A DNA stretch of 64,000 nucleotides from Bacillota bacterium (lineage in GTDB: Bacteria > Bacillota > Proteinivoracia > UBA4975). Below, piece by piece: positions 18,061-25,377 of the stretch; within the stretch, counting starts at the first letter, position 1; every line of letters starts with the position of its first letter. The stretch covers positions 37,978 through 101,977 of the forward strand of contig JAAYIH010000036.1 of NCBI GenBank assembly GCA_012523545.1. The letters run 5' to 3'. The position numbers and the translations under genes were made by a program. Below the pieces are notes generated by a model that saw only the letters and a list, made by a program, of their open reading frames with translations, had not been told where the DNA came from and made no database searches.

Positions 18061-18843
18061 GTGATCAACAAAGTTGAAATATGCGGGGTAAACACTGCGA
18101 AGTTGCCGGTGTTGAAAAACTCCCAGATGCGCAAGCTCTTTGCCGCCATGCAAAACGGCGATTACCCAGCCAGGCAGGAGTTGATCACCGGCAATTTGCG
18201 TTTGGTTCTCAGTGTTATACAGCGTTTCAACAATCGGGGAGAATGTGTTGATGACCTGTTTCAGGTTGGTTGCATCGGTTTGATGAAAGCCATTGACAAT
18301 TTTGACCTCAGCCAAAATGTCAAGTTTTCCACTTATGCCGTACCCATGATAATCGGGGAAATTCGCCGTTATCTGCGCGATAACAATCCCATCCGGGTCA
18401 GCCGCTCTCTGCGCGATGTGGCCTACAAGGCGCTGCAGGTAAGAGACGAGTTGATTAGTAAGAACTCCCGGGAGCCGTCAATATCCGAGATTGCCGATGC
18501 CCTCAAAGTAAAGCGGGAAGAAGTCGTTTTCGCCCTGGACGCTATTCAGGAGCCGGTCTCTCTTTTCGAGCCCATTTACCACGACGGCGGCGACCCCATA
18601 TTTGTCATGGACCAGATTGGGGACTCCAGGGAAAATGACCGCGTCTGGCTGGAGGAAATTGCCTTGAAAGAGGCCATGCAACGTCTTAATGCCCGGGAAA
18701 AATCCATTCTCAGCCTGCGCTTTTTTGCCGGGAAAACCCAGATGGAGGTTGCCGATGAAATCGGCATATCCCAGGCCCAGGTCTCCCGCCTGGAAAAAGC
18801 CGCCTTAAAGACCCTGCGCAAGTACATTCGCGAAGATGCCTGA
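18061..18843 (+). CDS. sigG: Forespore sigma factor sigmaG
   Basis: NKVEICGVNTAKLPVL, FSTYAVPMIIGEIRRYLRDN, SQAQVSRLEK; GTG start after GGGGAGG. Confidence 0.97.
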   Translation: MINKVEICGVNTAKLPVLKNSQMRKLFAAMQNGDYPARQELITGNLRLVLSVIQRFNNRGECVDDLFQVGCIGLMKAIDNFDLSQNVKFSTYAVPMIIGEIRRYLRDNNPIRVSRSLRDVAYKALQVRDELISKNSREPSISEIADALKVKREEVVFALDAIQEPVSLFEPIYHDGGDPIFVMDQIGDSRENDRVWLEEIALKEAMQRLNAREKSILSLRFFAGKTQMEVADEIGISQAQVSRLEKAALKTLRKYIREDA

Positions 18844-18845
18844 AC

Positions 18846-18872
18846 AAAAGCCCTTCGGGGCTTTTTTGTTTT
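18846..18872 (+). terminator. Intrinsic terminator after sigG
   Basis: AAAAGCCC-TTCG-GGGCTTTT plus a T tract. Confidence 0.9.
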
Positions 18873-18919
18873 GAACCTGCACCGGAAAACATAAGTATAG
18901 AACGGGAGGGGGGACAGAG

Positions 18920-19171
18920 GTGAAGATTTCCGATTTAAAAAATATGCGCGTGGTCAACCTGGCCAACGGCAAATTCCTGGGCAAAATAACCGACTTGATA
19001 ATGGATGTGGACGGCGGCTACATTAAGGCCATCATTTTGCCCGGGGGAAGCAAGTGGCCGGCGTTCTTTGGCGACAGCAGAGAAATGGAAGTGCCATGGA
19101 AGAACATCATGAAAATTGGCCAGGACGTCATCATCGTTGACGTTCCCGAAGTTTGGACGCAAAAAGAATAA
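18920..19171 (+). CDS. ylmC: YlmC/YmxH PRC-barrel sporulation protein
   Basis: MKISDL..VVNL..G..LG..D, VPWKNIMKIGQDVIIV; position after sigG. Confidence 0.9.
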   Translation: MKISDLKNMRVVNLANGKFLGKITDLIMDVDGGYIKAIILPGGSKWPAFFGDSREMEVPWKNIMKIGQDVIIVDVPEVWTQKE

Positions 19172-19186
19172 GGGACAAATCCCCAG

Positions 19187-19215
19187 GTCAGAGGCCGCCA
19201 TCGCGTCATATAGTA
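19187..19215 (+). promoter_or_regulatory. sigmaK-like promoter for the M23 peptidase gene
   Basis: GTCA-N16-CATATAGTA (the -10 fits CATAnnnTA exactly). Confidence 0.45.
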
Positions 19216-19237
19216 TTGTGAAGCGAGGTGGATTGAG

Positions 19238-19933
19238 ATGCCTGCACAACCAGGATTTGTCACCCGTTTTTATACTGCCCGGGGGTTTCGGGTTACCTCT
19301 CCCTTTGGGCCAAGGCCCGATCCTTTCAAGCCGGGGGAAACGGAGTTCCATACCGGCATTGACTTTGGGGGCAAGCCCCAGGGGACTCCTGTGGAAACCC
19401 CTGCCCAGGGGACGGTATTCGCCGCCAGAAGCTACACGGGATGGGGGAACCTGGTGGCAATAACGGATTTTCGGGGTTACATTCATCTCCACGCCCACCT
19501 GGACAGCATCAAAGTCTATCCGGGACAGAAGGTGGCCAGGGGAGATGTCATCGGCACCCTGGGCAGAACGGGAACGGCCACAGGCGTGCACCTGCACTAC
19601 CAGATTAACCGTCCCGGGACAGATGTGCGCGGCGACGGGTACTTTGGCAATCCCGATGAGTATATTTTTGACGAGGTGATGGATGTGGAAAGAGCAATTG
19701 TCCTGGGCAGCGACGCCGATTACTTCAACGCCGCTCCGCTCAGAGACAAACTGAACTGCCCTGTATTTTCCCGTTCCGCCCTGGGCCAATTGAAGGCAGT
19801 GAAGACTGTATACATCTGCGGCGGCGGGGTGGAAGAAGTGGTCAAGGCCGCGCCCAACGCAGAGTTGGTCAACCTCTCGGGCAACAACCGGTATGAGACA
19901 GCCAGAAAAATCCAGGAATTCCTGAAGATGTAA
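19238..19933 (+). CDS. M23 peptidoglycan endopeptidase with a CWB2-like / CTP1L-type C-terminal cell-binding domain; no signal peptide
   Basis: TSPFGPR, HTGID and HLH zinc motifs; C-terminal ..AAPLRDKLNCP..VKTVYICGG..LSGNNRYETA. Confidence 0.88.
   Translation: MPAQPGFVTRFYTARGFRVTSPFGPRPDPFKPGETEFHTGIDFGGKPQGTPVETPAQGTVFAARSYTGWGNLVAITDFRGYIHLHAHLDSIKVYPGQKVARGDVIGTLGRTGTATGVHLHYQINRPGTDVRGDGYFGNPDEYIFDEVMDVERAIVLGSDADYFNAAPLRDKLNCPVFSRSALGQLKAVKTVYICGGGVEEVVKAAPNAELVNLSGNNRYETARKIQEFLKM
19673..19687 (+). promoter_or_regulatory. Internal SD and in-frame GTG (Val150): candidate secondary translation start for the C-terminal domain
   Basis: GAGGTG at 19673-19678, 6-nt spacer, GTG at 19685, exactly at the domain boundary; the same SD hexamer precedes the main ATG. 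Confidence 0.6.
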
Positions 19934-19953
19934 CCCGCCGCCAGCGGGTTTTT
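19932..19953 (+). terminator. Intrinsic terminator after the M23 gene
   Basis: AACCCGC-CGCCA-GCGGGTT plus TTT. Confidence 0.7.
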
Positions 19954-19981
19954 CCTTGCTTGCGAACCGGCCGGCCAGATG

Positions 19982-19990
19982 TGGTATAAT
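19982..19990 (+). promoter_or_regulatory. Extended -10 sigmaA promoter for the HlyD-like/yggS operon
   Basis: TG-G-TATAAT. Confidence 0.55.
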
Positions 19991-20014
19991 TGGTGGCAGG
20001 CAGAGGTGGGGAGA

Positions 20015-20956
20015 TTGAGAAAGCATAAGTTGAAGGTGATTAAAGGAGGCAGGACCCGACGCAACAGAATACCCCTGCTGTTGTTTGCGCTGGCCATGGT
20101 GATTATATCGGTCAGTTTGTTTTGGAACAGTTTGGGGCAATTGACGATTGCTCTGGCGCAGCATACTGTGGTGCGCCGCGAACGCGTCGACCTGGGAACT
20201 GCTGTCACCTGTGTGGTGGTGCGCGCGGAGCAGCCGCTCCTTGCCCCCGACGACGGCATGTACATTCCCGTTGCAGAGAATGGCAGCCGGGTCAAAGTGG
20301 GCCAGGTCTTTGCCCGTATCGAGGGGGCAGACGGCTCCAGAGACCTGAAAGCGCCCTGTTCCGGGTTAATCAATCATTATCCCGACGGGTGGGAAGCGGT
20401 GTTTGTCCCGGGCATGCTGGATAACGACGCCGTGCAGGCCGCAGCTGTGCTGGGGGAAATCTCTGTGCCACCGGACCTCCGGAAAAGGGTGGCCAAAGGT
20501 CAGGTTGTCGCGACAATTGTGGATAATACCGGCTTCCAACTGCTGACCGGTCTGGACGCCTATTGGGAAGGCAAAACGCATACTTTGCTGATTGAGAGTG
20601 ACGGGCGGGAATACGGATTTACGGTTTCGCCGATAGAAACAGTGCATCGTGAGGACCGGATCTGGGTGCTGTGGCGGGTTTCTCCTGCCCGGGACTTATT
20701 GGCCACTGTGCGGCTGGTCCGGGGTGAACTGATTACGGCCCAGGTGGAGGTTGCCAGGGTGCCTGCCGGGGCCCTGACTTCAGTCAACGGTGAAGAAGGA
20801 GTGTATGTCTGGCAGAGGGGCAAAACGGTTTTTTGCCCTGTGGAAGTGGTGTATGCCCGCGGCCAGGAAGCCGGAGTGCAGGGCCTCAAAGATGGACAGG
20901 TAGTATTGTCGTTGCCCCGGTGGGCAAGTTTTATAAAACGGTGGTGGAAAAAGTGA
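20015..20956 (+). CDS. HlyD/membrane-fusion-like protein (the type usually found upstream of yggS in Clostridia)
   Basis: N-terminal TM; lipoyl-like halves 'APDDG...ENGSRVKVGQ' and 'LKAPCSG'; C-terminal 'VPAGAL...GVYV...V.V...GL..GQVV'; TTG after GAGGTGGG. Confidence 0.7.
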   Translation: MRKHKLKVIKGGRTRRNRIPLLLFALAMVIISVSLFWNSLGQLTIALAQHTVVRRERVDLGTAVTCVVVRAEQPLLAPDDGMYIPVAENGSRVKVGQVFARIEGADGSRDLKAPCSGLINHYPDGWEAVFVPGMLDNDAVQAAAVLGEISVPPDLRKRVAKGQVVATIVDNTGFQLLTGLDAYWEGKTHTLLIESDGREYGFTVSPIETVHREDRIWVLWRVSPARDLLATVRLVRGELITAQVEVARVPAGALTSVNGEEGVYVWQRGKTVFCPVEVVYARGQEAGVQGLKDGQVVLSLPRWASFIKRWWKK

Positions 20957-21651
20957 CAGCAGATGTGGTTGGGAATCTCTGCAAAGTCAAGCAGAAGATT
21001 GCCCGTGCGGCCGTTGCCGCAGGCAGGAAGCCTGAAGACATCACCCTGGTGGCGGTAAGCAAGAACGCTTCGGCGGATGCCGTTGCCCGCCTGGTTGCAG
21101 CAGGGCACCGTGACTTTGGCGAAAACAGAGTGCAGGAAGGTCTGCGCAAAATGGAGCGCATAGCCAGGCCCGATGTCAACTGGCACCTGATTGGACGAGT
21201 GCAGACCAATAAGGTCAAATACATAGGTTCGTTTCATTTGCTCCATTCCCTGGACCGCTGGCGGCTGGCGGTGAAGCTTTCGGAATATGCCCTGCGCACA
21301 GGCCAGATCTTTCGGTGTCTTGTTCAGGTCAATGTTTCTGAAGATCCCGCCAAAGCCGGCATCGAAATCACCCAGGTGGACCAGTTCCTGCATGCAGTTG
21401 CCGGTTTGGGAGGCATTTCAATCCACGGGTTGATGACCATAACTGCCGTGAACGCAGAACCGGGCCAAACTTTTCAGTGGTTTAAGGCGCTGGCGGATAA
21501 ATTTGCGCAGCTCAGGGAAGGAAAGCTGCCGGCCGGCGCAGAGATGAAGTGGCTGTCCATGGGAATGTCTGCCGACTTCGAATTGGCCATTGCCGCCGGG
21601 GCCAACATGGTCCGGGTCGGCAGTGCCATCTTTGCAGAGGAAGGAGAATAA
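20953..21651 (+). CDS. yggS: PLP homeostasis protein YggS/YlmE
   Basis: LVAVSK, FGENRVQE, WHLIG..QTNKVK, GLMT, LSMGMSADF, MVRVGSAIF. Confidence 0.95.
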   Translation: MTADVVGNLCKVKQKIARAAVAAGRKPEDITLVAVSKNASADAVARLVAAGHRDFGENRVQEGLRKMERIARPDVNWHLIGRVQTNKVKYIGSFHLLHSLDRWRLAVKLSEYALRTGQIFRCLVQVNVSEDPAKAGIEITQVDQFLHAVAGLGGISIHGLMTITAVNAEPGQTFQWFKALADKFAQLREGKLPAGAEMKWLSMGMSADFELAIAAGANMVRVGSAIFAEEGE

Positions 21652-21652
21652 A

Positions 21653-21919
21653 ATGCCGGACAACATACGCATTGTAATCAATTCCCTGCTCAATGTCTTT
21701 TACCTCCTCTTGCTGGCCAGGATAATTTTGTCCTGGTTTCCCTTGCGTCCGGGCGGAGTAATGGCCGACATCTTTGATGTCCTGCACGCCATGACCGAGC
21801 CCCTGCTGGCGCCCATCCGAAAACTGTTGCCGCCCATCCCCGTGGGCATGGGGTACTTGGATTTGTCACCCTGGCTGCTCATGTTCTTGCTCGGCATAGT
21901 CAGGAGGATGTTGTTGTGA
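21653..21919 (+). CDS. ylmG: YggT/YlmG membrane protein
   Basis: LLARIILSWF, TEPLLAPIR, LDLSPWL. Confidence 0.9.
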   Translation: MPDNIRIVINSLLNVFYLLLLARIILSWFPLRPGGVMADIFDVLHAMTEPLLAPIRKLLPPIPVGMGYLDLSPWLLMFLLGIVRRMLL

Positions 21920-22692
21920 CCAGCAAGCTGACCAATTTGCCTGCCGGGATGGACAAACAATTGGTGGCGCAGGTGATGGATAGTTGCAAGATTGCCGCCG
22001 AGCGCCAGGTAATCAGGTATACCGATTTTTTGGACCCCTTCCATTTGGGGTATGTCTTGCCCATGGTGAGTTCCTTCTTCGGCGTGGGTTATCGGGAAGA
22101 CGGTGGCTACGCCGGCGCAGAAAGGAAGCGGCTGGCAATATTCCCCGATTACTATCGTCCCGAGGACGTAGAGGTGCCGCTGGCGGTGCTGGAAATTTCC
22201 CTGTCCGATTCCTCCCGGGTCCTTTCCCACCGGGATTACTTGGGGGCCCTGACGGCCTTGGGCCTAAGGCGTTCCCTGCTGGGCGACATCATTGCCTTTG
22301 CCGGAGGAGCCCAGGCCATTGTGGCCGGGGAGGCGGCCGATGCCGTCCTGTCTTTGCAGGAGGTTAACAAATTTAAGGTCTCAGTACGGGAAATTCCCCC
22401 TTACCAACTGCGGGTTGAGGAGCAACCCCAGCGCACGCTGACAGGTACTGTGGCTTCCCTGCGTCTCGACGCAGTGCTCAGCGCCGGTTTGGGCGTCGGC
22501 CGCAGCAAAGCCGCCGCGCTGGTCAAGGAAGAAAAGATCAGGGTCAATTGGCGCAAGATAGTGCAGCCGGGATTTCAACTGGATGCCGGCGATGTCATCT
22601 CCATCCGGGGCAGGGGCAGGCTGGAGCTGGCCGAAATCGGGCCCGTAACCCGGAAGGGCAGAGTGCGCATCACTCTGAAAAAGTTCAGCTGA
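21916..22692 (+). CDS. ylmH: YlmH/Sll1252 S4-domain RNA-binding protein
   Basis: TDFLDP, GGY.GAER, HRDYLGAL, VASLRLDAV, GDVISIRGRGR, TRKGR. Confidence 0.92.
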   Translation: MTSKLTNLPAGMDKQLVAQVMDSCKIAAERQVIRYTDFLDPFHLGYVLPMVSSFFGVGYREDGGYAGAERKRLAIFPDYYRPEDVEVPLAVLEISLSDSSRVLSHRDYLGALTALGLRRSLLGDIIAFAGGAQAIVAGEAADAVLSLQEVNKFKVSVREIPPYQLRVEEQPQRTLTGTVASLRLDAVLSAGLGVGRSKAAALVKEEKIRVNWRKIVQPGFQLDAGDVISIRGRGRLELAEIGPVTRKGRVRITLKKFS

Positions 22693-22695
22693 GTT

Positions 22696-22723
22696 GAAGG
22701 AAATTACCTGCTGGTTGTCGAAA
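22696..22723 (+). promoter_or_regulatory. sigmaH-like promoter before divIVA
   Basis: GAAGGAAAT-N12-GTCGAAA (one mismatch in the -10). Confidence 0.4.
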
Positions 22724-22760
22724 GTCACTGAGAAAGTAAATACTGATAGGGGGCGTCATG

Positions 22761-23261
22761 ATGCCTTTGACTCCGATGGATATACACAACAAAGAATTTA
22801 CCAAGGCCTTCAGAGGCTATGATGAGGACGAAGTCAACGAGTTTCTGGATAGGATCGTCAAGGATTACGAAGCGCTCATAAAAGAAAACGAAGCCATGAA
22901 GCAAAAAATTCAGGAACTCTCTGATAAATTAGAGCACTATGCCAAAATAGAGGAAACTCTGCACAACGCCATTATCGTGGCCCAGCAGACAGCCAAGGAA
23001 GTGAAAGAGGCGGCCCTGGGCGAAGCCGACCTGATTCGCAAGGAAGCCGAACGGGAGTCCAGGCGCGAAATCGAAGAAAGCATGGCCAGGGCCCGCAAAG
23101 TCCAACGGGAAATTGAAGAGCTGGTCAAGCAGGCCCACATCTTTCGGAGCAGGTTCCGCAGCTTGCTGGAAGCGCAACTGGAGATAATCAACAGCGATGA
23201 TTGGGCCGAGATAGAACGCTTCGGCCAGCTGGCTGCTTCGGTGGGGGAAGAACTTTTATAG
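22761..23261 (+). CDS. divIVA: DivIVA
   Basis: MPLTPMDIHNKEF..AFRGYDEDEVNEFLD, coiled coil. Confidence 0.96.
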   Translation: MPLTPMDIHNKEFTKAFRGYDEDEVNEFLDRIVKDYEALIKENEAMKQKIQELSDKLEHYAKIEETLHNAIIVAQQTAKEVKEAALGEADLIRKEAERESRREIEESMARARKVQREIEELVKQAHIFRSRFRSLLEAQLEIINSDDWAEIERFGQLAASVGEELL

Positions 23262-23275
23262 TTGCAGACGGGAGT

Positions 23276-23298
23276 GGGGCGCTTGAGCCCCTTTTTTT
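23276..23298 (+). terminator. Intrinsic terminator after divIVA
   Basis: GGGGC-GCTTGA-GCCCC plus T7. Confidence 0.7.
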
Positions 23299-23399
23299 CT
23301 CGTCGGCAATGACCCGGACGCGCTTCCCTTGCCAGGTCTGCCGCACCCGTGGGCAAAATTTGCTATAATACAAGCATCTGCGGAAGGGGTGGGTGCTCA

Positions 23400-24074
23400 A
23401 TGGCAAAAACCATCGGCATATTGGGCGGTATGGGTCCGGCAGCGACCATCGACATGCTGAATAAAATTTACGCCCATTCCCCGGGGGGGCGCGAACAGGA
23501 GCACGTACGGGTGCTGGCGGATATAGACCCAACTGTACCCGATCGCACCGAAGCAGTGTTGCACGACCGGGGAGATGAAGTAGTTGCCCGGCTGGCGGCC
23601 AATGCCCGCGGTCTTGTCGCAGCCGGCGCCCAACTGCTGGCCATTGCCTGCAACACCGCCCATGCGTTTTGGGAAGATCTGGCGGCACAAGTGGATGTCC
23701 CCCTGATCAGCATGATCGACGTGACTGTGGCCGATATCCTGTCCAGGGGCCTGAGACGCGTGGGGCTAATGGCCACCGACGGCGCCCTGGCGGCTGGCCT
23801 TTACGTGCGCGCCCTGGAAGCCTGGGGTGTTGAGGTCTTGACGCCGGACAAAGCCGGGCAGTCTGCTGTGATGCAGGCAATTTACGCCTATAAAGGCGGG
23901 CAAAAGCCGGATAATGAAAGCCTGCTGTCGGTATTCAACGCCTTAAAGGCCGCCGGCGCCCAACAGGTAATCGCTGCTTGTACAGAACTGCCCATTCTCC
24001 TGGCTGGGCAAGAATTTGTCGACCCCACCGACATCCTGGCACGGGAACTGGTCCGGCTGGCTAAATCGCCGTGA
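23400..24074 (+). CDS. Aspartate/amino-acid racemase (RacD/RacX family)
   Basis: IGILGGMGP, ACNTAH and ACTEL (both catalytic Cys present); extended -10 TGCTATAAT at 23361-23369. Confidence 0.9.
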   Translation: MAKTIGILGGMGPAATIDMLNKIYAHSPGGREQEHVRVLADIDPTVPDRTEAVLHDRGDEVVARLAANARGLVAAGAQLLAIACNTAHAFWEDLAAQVDVPLISMIDVTVADILSRGLRRVGLMATDGALAAGLYVRALEAWGVEVLTPDKAGQSAVMQAIYAYKGGQKPDNESLLSVFNALKAAGAQQVIAACTELPILLAGQEFVDPTDILARELVRLAKSP

Positions 24075-24103
24075 ACTGGGAATAGTATTCTGGGGGGGTA
24101 TCG

Positions 24104-24394
24104 ATGGACAAAGAAATGCTGGCTAAAGTCTCCCAGCAGTTGCAACGCCTTGCAGAGCAAATGGAAAAGTTTAACCTGGCCGAGTACATGGAAATGCTCA
24201 ATAATCCGCGGCGCTACCTGATGATAAATTTCATCGCCGGGTTGTCCCGGGGACTGGGCATTGCCATTGGCTTTACCGTTCTGGGCGCAATAACGCTAAT
24301 GCTTTTGAAGCGCCTGGTGGTCCTGAACCTCCCCATTATCGGAGATTTCATCGCAGATATCGTTGTCATAGTCCAGGAAAATTTGAAACCATGA
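24104..24394 (+). CDS. DUF5665-like small membrane protein
   Basis: EYMEMLNNPRRYLMINFIAGLSRGLGIAIGFT pattern; GGGAATAGTA upstream resembles a forespore-sigma -10 (weak -35). Confidence 0.7.
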   Translation: MDKEMLAKVSQQLQRLAEQMEKFNLAEYMEMLNNPRRYLMINFIAGLSRGLGIAIGFTVLGAITLMLLKRLVVLNLPIIGDFIADIVVIVQENLKP

Positions 24395-24410
24395 ACCAGG
24401 AGGAAAATTC

Positions 24411-24869
24411 ATGGATTTGCAGGTGCAGCGCCAACGCCTGTTGGAATTGTTGCAGCAAGTGCGGGAAACTGATGGGGCCGATACCGGCAGCAGCTTGCGG
24501 GATTACCAGCATGAGCTTTCGGTGTTTGACAACCATCCCGCCGATTTTGCCAGTGAGGACTATCAGCGTACACTGGATGCTGCTCTTAGAGCAAACGATG
24601 CCCGCATCGCGACCATGATCGAAAATGCCCTGTCCAGGATAGAGCGGGGCGAATACCAGTATTGCGTCAACTGCGGCGGAAAAATTGCTGCTGCCCGCTT
24701 GGAAGCGTTGCCCTATGCCGATACCTGCGCCGATTGTGCCGAAGAAGGACAGGAATTGGGCGGGCTGGGCAAGGAACCCACCGAGCCCGTAAATGACGGC
24801 GATCCCACCTGGCCGATGTTTAACCGTTACGGCACTTCTGATGGACAGCAGGATCAACCCGGCAAGTGA
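24411..24869 (+). CDS. YteA-family TraR/DksA C4 zinc-finger protein
   Basis: ELSVFDNHPAD, ALSRIERGEYQYCVNCG...RLEALPYADTCADC. Confidence 0.88.
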   Translation: MDLQVQRQRLLELLQQVRETDGADTGSSLRDYQHELSVFDNHPADFASEDYQRTLDAALRANDARIATMIENALSRIERGEYQYCVNCGGKIAAARLEALPYADTCADCAEEGQELGGLGKEPTEPVNDGDPTWPMFNRYGTSDGQQDQPGK

Positions 24870-24918
24870 GGAACGGCGCCTGGCGCAAGCAGCACAGGGA
24901 GGACTGGAGGAAGCAAAA

Positions 24919-25377
24919 ATGAAGATCTTTTTCCTGCTTTGCTTGGGAGTCTTGCTCCTGGACCGGGCCAGCAAATTCCTGATCTGCAACATGCTGGAAG
25001 TTGGACAAACTGTACCCATTATCGATGATGTACTGCACCTTACATACATGCAAAACACCGGCGCCGCTTTTGGAATCCTGCAAGGCCGCCGCTGGTTTTT
25101 AATTGCGGTGGCGGCGGCGGTGGCCGTTGTGATTTTGCTCTATGTTCGCCGGTTACAGGACAATAAACTGCTGCAGGTTGCCTTTGCCCTCCAGTTGGGC
25201 GGGGCGCTGGGCAATCTTTACGACAGGATTTTTTACAGTTGGGTGGTGGATTTCATCGATTTTCGCCTGATTAACTTTGCCATCTTCAATATTGCCGATT
25301 CAGCCCTGGTCGTCGGCGTCATACTGTTTGCCCTGGATGTTATCAGGGAATGGAAGATTGAGCGCCGTGAAGCATGA
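24919..25377 (+). CDS. lspA: Lipoprotein signal peptidase II
   Basis: DRASK, NTGAAFG, GGALGNLYDR, VVDFI, FNIADS. Confidence 0.95.
   Translation: MKIFFLLCLGVLLLDRASKFLICNMLEVGQTVPIIDDVLHLTYMQNTGAAFGILQGRRWFLIAVAAAVAVVILLYVRRLQDNKLLQVAFALQLGGALGNLYDRIFYSWVVDFIDFRLINFAIFNIADSALVVGVILFALDVIREWKIERREA

Noticed and set aside
19238-19933. Prophage remnant as the explanation for the endolysin-like gene
   Set aside because: No holin, integrase, att-like repeats or other phage genes flank it, and its composition resembles its neighbours; treated as domesticated rather than as a mobile element
18935-20164. 409-aa minus-strand ORF, and other long antisense ORFs (e.g. 5541-6917, 7018-8172, 51463-52653 [antisense to patatin], 59811-60785)
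   Set aside because: Shadow frames of well-supported genes in GC-rich DNA; no motifs or SDs
23262-23399. Expected T-box leader / ileS after divIVA
   Set aside because: No T-box motif (AAxxxGGTGGxACC) or specifier stem is visible; the region holds only a terminator and a promoter
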